DNA of 61,568 nt, the filler included, from Jimgerdemannia flammicorona (Eukaryota), in NCBI GenBank assembly GCA_003990765.1. It is 2 parts of 2 records of this genome, joined end to end, with 100 filler letters (N's around TTAATTAATTAA, not from the genome) between each part and the next. Parts side by side here need not be neighbours in the genome. Positions count along the whole stretch, not along the records: positions 30,846 to 61,568 come from RBNJ01000427.1; 1 more part is not named here. One strand, given 5' to 3'. The position numbers and the translations under genes are program-made. Below are positions 37,186-47,371 of the stretch, in pieces. Under the pieces are notes generated by a model, which was not told where the DNA came from, did not search any database, and saw only the letters and a list, made by a program, of their open reading frames with translations. Every line of letters starts with the position of its first letter. Position 1 is the stretch's first letter.

Positions 37186-39550
37186 TGTGATGTACACAAT
37201 TGACAATAGAGTACCGGTGACTGCTAAGATCAGACAACATAATGGCATGACAATCAAATAGACAGCCTGACCCATTAGGTGATCATCCCAAAAGAAGACA
37301 AGATGATCCAAGCCAAAATGAAGACCACATTATTTAAGGAACCATACTCTGCCTCAAGGATCAGCACCAAAGAACCAAGTACCCACCACACAATGCCTCC
37401 TATTCGCCGAACCAATCAGACCTCCTGCCGCTCTACCCCTTTGCCTGGCCCAAAGACCCTGATCTTTGAAGCTATCAAGAAGACCATCTGGCGCCCAGAT
37501 ACTTCCAAACACTTGAACTTCTATACTGAGGACGTTGGACACTTCATCAACTACCAGTATATAATGACCCAACAGCTCAAAGACACTACCGAACGAATGA
37601 CCCTCTGGCATGACTATGAAATCGGACACCACCTTCACAATGAGACTCAAGAAGGTGACCAGGAAGACCTCATTGCCGAAATGATAACCACCAGCCAGCT
37701 AATCAAGAGAGCCCTCTGTGTCCATCAAATCTTCTGCCATATTCCCTGGGCTATAGCACACTTACAAGGAGTGACAGCTGGCAGCCTCTCCCACCTTTCA
37801 ACTGAAGATGCTGACTGGATAGAATCTGAAGTAGCCAATGCTATTGGCAGCAACTGCATTGCCATAGGAAGCCAACAAACTGAACCTACTCAGCCAGGTT
37901 TCCACACCACCCCACTCTAAGACAACCATCAAGGTCACCTAATGAGTCTTATGGAGATATTTGAAGGACCGCCCATCACTATAGAGGCACCCATTGGAGC
38001 TACCCCAACCACCCACCACCCTGTCAGCCATAATTCACAGCTCATCATTTGGGAACCAAATTAAGAGGAGGCCCAAGAACTCCAAGACCCTGCCCCTGAA
38101 GAAACCCCCTCTGACACTGAAACTGATGAGCCTTCAGAAGAAGAAGAGGAGCAACAGAGAGTCTACCAGTCCTCTGTCCACATTCAAGCTGTTCAAGGGT
38201 TGGAGAATGTTGTTGAAGATGACTGGCCACTTTGCTACCCCCTCACCTCTTGGCCAGCACTTCCCCCCTTTGAGGAGAGATATGATGAAGAAGAAATCAC
38301 AACCCAGCAAGATTTGCCCACCACAGATGAAGGGTACTATTTCCTCTAGAGTACCATCCATCAGCTATGAGAACCCAGCTTTTGTCAGCAAGTCCGTTTC
38401 CAGCATTGCTACCCAGTACCACCATTTTCAGCATTTTGTCAGCAGGTCCAAATCCAGCATTGCCACCCTCCACAACCACTTCTGGCAACAATCATCATAT
38501 CATGTCAGCTCATCTGAATCCAGCATTGCTACCCAGTACCACCATTTTCAGCATTTTGTCAGCTCATCCGAATCCAGCGTTGCTATCCCCTATAACCCAA
38601 TCTGTAGTAAACAATGGCCTGCATCTCGCATTGTGCAAGCCAATAGCATAGCGAAGTTCACTACAATGTAGTATACCTTAGCCTTAGTCACGCCCCCTCC
38701 TCCATAGCTAGCAAACTTGTATAAATAACCCATATTCTTAGAGTGAATAAACCTCAGTCAGTTTGTGTTTAAAAGTAAAAGGAATTACAGAGAAACCACT
38801 GCCTCCAAGAGACCGGATAAATTCTGAGAATAAGATAACTAGAGCAACGATCGCTCGAGGTTTGAGTAAAAGAATTTTCTCTTGCCATGGAAAGAAAACA
38901 TTACCCGACCGCCGCCATTCGACTGCTATTTGAGACCCAAGACCCAGCCAAGGATTCAAGACCAGACTGCCATTCGGACTGCTATTCGGACTGCCATTCG
39001 AGACCCGAGACTCAGCCAAGGATTCAAGACCAGACCACCATTCAGACCACCATTCGGACCACACATTCAGACTGCCATTCGAGATTCAAGACCCAGAAAC
39101 CCAAGGATACCCAGACAAAGGATACTAGACTGCCAAAGACCAACCTGCTGCCAAAGACCTGAATGACCACCAGGAACCTAACAAGTTAAGATGGACAAGC
39201 AAGCCATCAACCTCTGTTTTTCCGAGCTACTGTGTCACGAACTGTTCAAAGTCAAGCCTGTCATCGCCGCCAAGTTATTCGCTGCCCTTTTCTACTAGAT
39301 ATTGAGCCATTGAACAATCAAACGACCTCATCCACTAAACAATTGAGCTGCCATCATTGAACAACCAAACATCCCCACCATCGATGTTCTGAGCCCTCTG
39401 ATGAACAATTGAATTCCTGCTATCAATTATTGCACATTTCGAATGACCTGTCACGTGACCAGCGACCTGTGAACGTCACCAATGCCTTCAGTTATACATC
39501 GCGTGCTTCACCAGTGGCACACATTAAGCCGTGCAGTCGAAGTTCATTAT
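37186..39550 (+). repeat. E4 5' LTR (last 17 bp missing)
   Basis: Near-identical to 47372-49733; TATAAA 38720, AATAAA 38746. Confidence 0.95.
37393..38349 (+). pseudogene. Accessory ORF in E4 5' LTR (318 aa consensus)
   Basis: ATG 37393 to TAG 38349; two TAA stops are CAA in the 3' LTR copy. Confidence 0.85.
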
Positions 39551-42500
39551 TGACCATTTGGCTCAAGAACCCAGCTATCTACAGTGGAGAACTTAGCAGG
39601 ACCAAGTCAGCAACCAAACCAGGGGCAGCAACAGCCCTCCTCAGCAGAAAAGAAAGCCCACACCCTTGTCAGAACAGTAGCCAGGACCCTATTCAACACC
39701 AGTAGCCAGAAAACCGAATCAGAAGAAAGAAGTGACCCAGATTACAGTTTGACTTCAAGAGAAAGGAGATGACTCAGAGGACAACCAGAACTGCCCCTTC
39801 AGATCCAAGACTTAGACCAAGAAGAAGAAGAGGATATCCCTGAGGAGTATCAGACCCTTATCCATAGGAAGAACTCAGACAGAAGCAACTACATAACTAC
39901 TGTTATCACTCGAGTCACTCCACTAGACCAAGTATACTTTGAAACATCAGAAGGAGAAGAGGACTATCATCCATATCAACCAGAACAAGATGACGATTGG
40001 GGATCAGACCATCAAAGGGATGAATTCAACCTATACTATTATCCTGACAGCAACACTGACCCACAACAAGGCGAACAAGACCTCACTACTTCACAACAGC
40101 AAGGGGCAGACGAACTCACTATCAGTTATATCAGTCCACTCCCACCATCAGTTGCTCAAACTTCAGTACCCTGGTCACTCACACCTCACCACTATCACCA
40201 GTCTATCAGAAGATCTCCACCACTACCCAGGACTTCAACCCCAGCATTAATTAGAAGAGCCAGATTACCCTCACCCTCACCAAGACACCCTCTGCCAGCA
40301 CCACTAGTTCATCAAGTACTAGTACCACCACCTTTCCCATCACCCCGAGGATCTGCCAGATCTCCTACCCCTGAACAATACTCAGATAGTGAAGATGAGC
40401 CAGACATGAGCTACCTTCAGAAGTTCCATGGTGCAGACAATGAAGATATCGAGGAATTCTTTGGAGAAATTGAAGTTCAAGCAGCTGCCAAACAATGGGA
40501 TGCTGCAAGAAAACTCAGAATCATGGAGTCACTCCTGAGAGGACCAGCCCTACAGAGGTATAATCAAGCCAAGCAAGCCGGAGGAGGAATCCATACAGAG
40601 GAACTGAATGATGGCCTTCAACCTGATAGGAACCATGTAGCAAGGTACATGATTCACAAAGCCTGGCTCCATGCCCAGTTCAATGGATTCGAGCGTCAAC
40701 AAGAAGCACAGGAGGCTTTGACCTATATGAGCCAAGCTGCCAATGAAACTCCCAAGAGTTTCTACCATCGGATTCAAGCTCAAATGATCAAGGTGAACCT
40801 TCAACCAGCAGTCCAACTGGCCCTAGCCTCAACTACCTTCCTCAATGGCTTATACCCAGAACTCTGAAGGCAAGTTATCAGGATGGGATATCGAAACATT
40901 GAACAGCAAGTTGCTGGAGCACAAGGATGTTGGGAAGCAGATTATAGACCAGTACAACAAGTACAAGGCTATCCTGAGCCAATCCAAGCTGAAACCCCAA
41001 GGACCTGAGGAACAACTATGGAGTAAGAGAATGCCTTCCTCAGAGCCCAGATAGCCAACTATGAGAACAGACCAGCATCCACAAATCCGACTCCATTCAG
41101 GCAATCACAGCAGCAGCCACCATCAAGAGTTCAAGAAGACCCTATGACAATGCTCACCAAGCAAATGAAGGACCTGGCCATCACGGTTACCCAGCTGAAC
41201 AACCAAGGTAGAAGACAACAAGACTACCATCATGATAACAGACCAGACTACTGGCAACAAGACAACAGAGGTCCTGCCCCCACACTACCAGCTGCAACTA
41301 CAGCCTCATCAGTGACTGGTTCCTATGGTCCCACCTGCTTCAGCTGTGGAAATCAAGGCCACATCCAGAGGAATTGTCCAAGGAACCAATCCACCCAGTC
41401 CAATGACAGAAATGTCAACCTCTTTCAGGTAGACAAAGAGACTCAGGAGATGGAAGAAGAAGCAGCCTGGCTCCATGGTCAAGAAGATGACATCTATCTG
41501 TACTTCGAGGTCTTTCCATCCAAGGTGACATGGGAAGCTGCCCCCGCAGAGACCAGAGGGCGAGGAAGACCACGAAGGAACCCCCCACCTCAACTGCCAG
41601 TAACTATATCCACAGGCAAGCATCCGTGGCATGGCTATTCTTCTTCAGACACTCCACAAGAACAGGGGAAGTGAGTTAGAAGAGATACTCCTGAACCAGA
41701 AGCCAGACCATCTAGGACAACCCCCAGCTCTACCCTGCAGACCTTGAAGAAGATGAGCATATGAGCATAAAATCTTCAGCTGATGAAATGCCCATCAGGA
41801 ATGAGAGACTACACCCCAAGGGACCAAGACACCGAAGAAGCAGCAAGCCCCATGCAGCAGCCTCACTTTGGGAACATATCCGCCTACAGAATGCTGGTCT
41901 TACAGTTGAGCAAGTCCTCAAGAATGCACCAGAGGTCAGGCGAAAATTCCTGAAAGAAGCCAAGGAAGATACCAAGAGACTTCCAGTCCAAGGACCACAC
42001 ACTCAAGAACCTAGCACTATCCACACAGTCCATGAGAGCCTGCGACACAAAAATCAATCTACAAGACTCGCTGATGGAAAAGTGCATGGTGAAAATGCCA
42101 GAATTCTCGTCGATACTGGAGCAGCAGTATGCATCATCACCCAAAGAATGTTGGAGCGAATTGGATGGGGAATAGATGAAGGAACCAAAGCAAGAGTTAT
42201 CATAGCTGATGGATCAGCTTCCACACCCCTTGGACTTGTCAGAGACATCCCCATTCAAGTTGGAAAGGCCCGCCTCAATGTACCCAAAGCCGTCGTGACC
42301 CCCACAACCTCCTATGACCTAATCCTGGGAACTGACTGGTTAAGCCGAGTGGGAGCCAATATAGATATCAAGAAACAACTCCTGGTCTTCTCCACTCATG
42401 GACAGAAGCACAAGGTGCCTATTGACTCGAAAGGATTATCTAAAAAGACGAATCAAGTCTTAGAAACAGAATGGCAAGGACATGGCAACACCCCCACTAC

Positions 42501-44406
42501 TACTGAGGATGAAAGCAAGGCCAATTTCCTACAAGAACTAGGAAGTGATTTCGATGCCCCAAGGGACCAAGAAAGCGAACAAGAAGACTCTTTCATTGGA
42601 GTTATTGGTGTTGAAGGCCTGGAAGAAAGCATTGATAGAGCCATTAATGTAAGGGCAGCACTTGAGTTTGCAGGACCTTCTGCTCAACCACCACCACCAC
42701 TGGTAGAAAATCAGATCATGCGAGCCTTTCATCGAGGCATATACGAACACTTCATTAGCTTCCACTCACCAAGAGATGATTGCAGCAATTGCCGAATCCT
42801 GGATCTCAAGAAGGTTCCAATGCCAGAAATTGATAACAAGGACAAATTGAAGCAAGCACCATCCTACAGCCAAATACAACCTCCAACCCCGAAGACCTTC
42901 AAGAAGACCTATAAGGAAGGACAGAAGATCCTCGCCCGCCAAACATTTGAGTCCCTTACCATCGAAGGAGAAAGCAACAGCTCTTACACTATCACTCAGG
43001 CCCTCCAGATCATACAGCCCACCTATGACAAGTATCGGAAGAGATTCCCTACCAGTAGGGAGGTCAAACAGTGAAATGAAGACTTTGTCAAGAAGAGACA
43101 TTGTGATTGTGGAAAAACCTTTATCTGCTACTGGTGTGAACATCGAGATATTCACCTCAGCGAAGATGTCTACAAGAGCCGAGTCAAGAGAAAGGACCCC
43201 ACCCTGCAAGAACCTCGAATTCGCTGGGCCTGTCAGAAGTGCAAAGAAATCAACCATAAAGGAGATTGCAAGTTCAAGAGCAAGACCTCTATCTGAGACC
43301 TACTATTGGAAGTTCTTGCCATCATTCGCTGGTACTGCCGCCCTCATCAAGGAAAAGAAGGTATCAATCTTGCCTTCATCGTTATGGAAGCTCTGGACCC
43401 TCTAGGAAAGACTGGATTCAATTACACAAGAAACTCAAAGATAGGAGCTCACTGGCCTTTCTTCAAACTGGAGTACATGGACTTCTTACCTACAATGGCA
43501 ACAGCTGAGGCGCCATTTCTCAAAGCTCAACCAATTATCCAGGTCAAGCTGCTTTCTCCCTGGGCACAGCCACCTCTTGCACAAACAGAAGGATCAGTTG
43601 GTTATGACCTCTGCCTCCCCTACCAAGCAAGAATCCGCCCCAGAAGTACCAGGACTTTTGACCTACAGATCACACTCGCTATACTACCTGGGCATTATGG
43701 ACAATTGGCCTCAAGATCCTCATTGGCAACCAAAGGAGTCACAGTAGAAGGAGGAGTCATTGATCAGGACTACCGAGGTCCCTTGAAGGTCATTATCTGC
43801 AATTCTAGTAGAGCCAGCCAATTCTTCAGTCCTATGGAAGCCATCTGCCAAATCCTGTTTATCAAGACATTACAGCCGACCATCCAAGAGGTAGACCAAC
43901 TAGAAGATACTAACAGAGGACAAGGAGGCTTTGGAAGCACCAATAGAAATCTACGAACACCACCTATCGAGGTTCATTTGGCAACAGTTGCTCAATTCTG
44001 ACAAATGAGACCCCACATCTGCCACCCAATCTGAGCAAGAGAAGACATCCTCCTGCAGCCCTACCAGCAAAAAGGCCTAGATGTGCACCTACCAGTAGAA
44101 GCAGACAACTTGATATTTGCACCATCACTGGAGCTTCAAAAGGAATACCACATCCTCCTGGCTGAAGAACGAATTCATGACCAGATGTCACCAATCCACA
44201 TCCCTATCAGAAACTTGGGCTTCGAAGTGATAACTATCCCCAAGGGAACAACACTGGGATATTTCGAACCATTGATAGACACCTACAAGGAAGAAGTCTT
44301 TGAATTCTTGGGAAATGGCAAGCCCTCTCTGGTGAGACTGATGGTACCAGGGAGGAAGACTCAGCAAATTCAGCAATCAAAGCCATCGACATCGAGACAA
44401 CTCTAA
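39551..44406 (+). pseudogene. E4 gag-PR-uncharacterised domains-dUTPase polyprotein (5' end deleted)
   Basis: Gag with CFSCGNQGHIQRNC knuckle, protease LVDTGAAVC/DLILGTDW, dUTPase; mostly CGA>TGA-type stops and one frame change near 41700. Confidence 0.92.
43540..43941 (+). CDS. E4 dUTPase domain (uninterrupted)
   Basis: VGYDL, ASRSSLA, GGVIDQDYRGPL, AICQI, RGQGGFGST. Confidence 0.94.
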
Positions 44407-45842
44407 TCAAGGACCAGTAACAACAAATACAGGAGTTGATAGAGGAGTACAAAGATATATTTACCACCACATATGATAACTTCCCACCATATCAATATGG
44501 AGAACACCCTATACATACTGGAGATGCAAGACCAATCTGACAATGACCCTACCGAACACCACATCATCTGATTGAATTCGAACAATAACACATAGACGAA
44601 ATGCTATAAAATGGAGTCATCAGACCATCATCAAGCCCCTGGGCCTCACCAGCAATCATAGTACCAAAGAAAGGAGGATGGAGATTAGTCGTGGATTTCA
44701 GAAAACTCAACAAAGTCACCACAGAAGATGCCTACCCACTGCCAAGAATTGATGACCTCATCAATGCCCTTGGAAAAGCCAAATACATGACCACTACCGA
44801 CCAGTTCCAAGGATTCCAAGTAATACCCATTGCCAAAGAAGATATCTGCAAGACGGCCTTCATCACCAGACGAGGACAGTATGAATACCTATGAATGCCC
44901 TTCAGACTCTGCAATGCACCCGCCTCATTCCAATGAATGATAAACTATGTCTACCGGGACCTCATTGGAAGAAATGTACTAGTGTACATAGATGATGTCA
45001 TCATCTACTCTGAGACATTCAAGCAGCATTTGCAAGATCTCCATGAAGTATTTGATACCATTCGAAATTCAGGACTCAGACTCAATGCCAAGAAGTGCTT
45101 CTTTGGAAAACATCAAGTCGAATATCTGGGATATGTTGTCTCAGCTCAAGGAACACATGCCGACCCCCGCAAGGTAGAGAAAGTCAAGAACTACCCAACC
45201 CTGACCTCAGCAAGGGAGACCCTATTCTTCCTTATGCTGGCATCCTACTATTGATGATTCATCCCAAGGTTTTTGGATAAGGCAGCACCTCTCCGAGATA
45301 TCTCCAAGAAGGACCAATCATTCTACTGGAAAAAGGAACAACAAAAGTCATTCGACCTACTCAAGAAGGCCCTTACTGAAGCCCCTGTCCTGGTGTGACC
45401 AGACTTTGGCAAACCATTCATCCTGGCAACTGATGTCTCAGCCTTAGGACTTGGATCAATTCTGTCTCAGCAAGATGACCAAAAGAGGGAGCATGTTATC
45501 GAAATGCTAGCAAGGCCACGAATGAAACACAAGTGAACTATGGAGCCACTAAGTTGGAATGCCTAGCAGTAGTTTGGGCTGTAGACCACTTCCAACACTA
45601 TCTCTTAGGAAAGAGATTCACCCTCATCACTGACCATCAAGCTACAATGGTTGTTCAATAAGCCGGAGCCCTCAGGAATCTTTGCTAGATGGATCATGTC
45701 CCTGCAAGAATATCAGTTCACTATTGTCTACAAGAAAGGTGCTAAGAATTCCAATGTTGATACTCTGTTAAGAATCCTGCGAAACCAACAAGAAGGGAAG
45801 GAGCCCCCACAAGAGAAGGCTGCTTCCTGCCCACCCAAATGA
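44310..45842 (+). pseudogene. E4 reverse transcriptase + RNase H
   Basis: SPWASP, DFRKLN, YPLPRID, VYIDD, ATDVS, TDH; in the -1 frame relative to the upstream ORF. Confidence 0.95.
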
Positions 45843-47046
45843 ACCAAGAATTGCACCTCGCCCTCACCTGGAGCCTGCACCATAGAAGCTTCAAAAAAGG
45901 AATTCAACCAGTCCACAAGTTGTTTATCCAAAGGAATTTCAAGAAATTCCAAGAAGGCGATGGCAAACTTTGGAGAGTAGAGGGAGAGCAGTACACCCGA
46001 GTTCTAAGAGAAGAAGAAATATTGAAGATCCTGACAACAAATCATGACCAAAATGCACACCGAGGAATTGGTGCCACAATTGCAAGAATCAAGAAGCGAT
46101 ACTGGTGGCCCAAGATGAGAAAACAAATTTCAACACACATTCAACAATGTGATACCTGCCAAAGATACCGACAAAAGCCTACTGACAGAGCACCATTAAT
46201 ACTGATCGCAGCACCAGCTGGAGCCTTTCAAAAACTAGGAATAGACATTATTGGACCCCTACCAGTAACTGGATGAGGAAGATGCTACATCCTCACTATC
46301 GAAGACCACCTGACAAAATAGCCTGAAGCCTTTGCCATCGAGACTGCCGATGCCCAGACAATTATTGGGATCCTGTATGATGAAATTTTCAGCTGTCATG
46401 GTGTGCCCAAGGAAATCATTACAGACCAAGGTTGAGAATTTATCAACCAAGCCATGAAGACCTTTGCGAGCAACTTCAAGATCAAGCTATGACCAACAAC
46501 AGCCTACTACCCACAGGCAAATGGACTCACTGAACAAATGAACCAGACCATCAAGCGAGGTCTCAGTAGAACTGGAGATCAACTAAACTGGGATATCTAT
46601 CTACCGGCAATTCTGTTCATCCGTACCTCTAAGGCAACTGCTACCCCTTCTATTTGGTGTATGGCCGAGAAGCACAAGATCCTACTGAACCAGTCCAGCT
46701 AGATCTGTCAAAATGAGTCACAGAAGAGATCACCCGGTTACACAATATATGCCAGCAAGCACGAGGATTTATTGCCAAGGCACAAGAACGCCAAAAGAGA
46801 TACTATGACCGCAAAGCCGACCTCGAACCCCTGCTCATTGGACAAAAGGTTCTGGTGTACCGTACCATCATAGAAGGAAATTGGAGTGCCAAGCTTGAAC
46901 CAAAATGGGAAGGCCCCTATCTCATACACCAAGTATTCTTGAACCACACTTATCAACTCAAGACCTTGGATGGAGTTATACTCAAGACCAAGATACATCG
47001 CAACCGCATAAGAATCTACTACTCAAGAGAAGCAAAACGCATTTGA
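45839..47046 (+). pseudogene. E4 integrase (separate ORF)
   Basis: HDQNAHRG..WWP..CDTC, GIDIIGPLP, ITDQG, PQANGLTE, KWEGPY; ATG overlaps the RNase H TGA. Confidence 0.93.
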
Positions 47047-47371
47047 ACAATCCTGTTCACTCTGTCTGTGTCATCTCCACTGGAGATATAATGGACGTTT
47101 CACTCAGAACTCAAGAAAGCCAACAACGTTGAAACCAGACTTAAGCCCATCCATGTGACAGACATTGTTACTAATAAATTGCCTCGGATTACAAGTAATA
47201 CTATTTCCGATTGGTTCAAACCCCTAGCTGTGACTATGGGAGCCCTCGCCCTAGACAAGGATGGCCAGTCCTCACAAATGTACCAGCATTCCGCTTGTCC
47301 CTGGAGTTAAGACCACTCAACTCTGTATAACCCTCACCACCGAGGACGGCTCTAATTTTGCAAGGGGCAGA

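Noticed and set aside
37393..38349. Accessory ORF as an env gene or chromodomain
   Set aside because: No signal peptide, transmembrane segment or chromodomain aromatic pattern is visible.
37994..38671. 225-aa ORF present in both E4 LTRs
   Set aside because: Non-ATG start, alternative frame of the accessory ORF running into tandem repeats, and no counterpart in E2.
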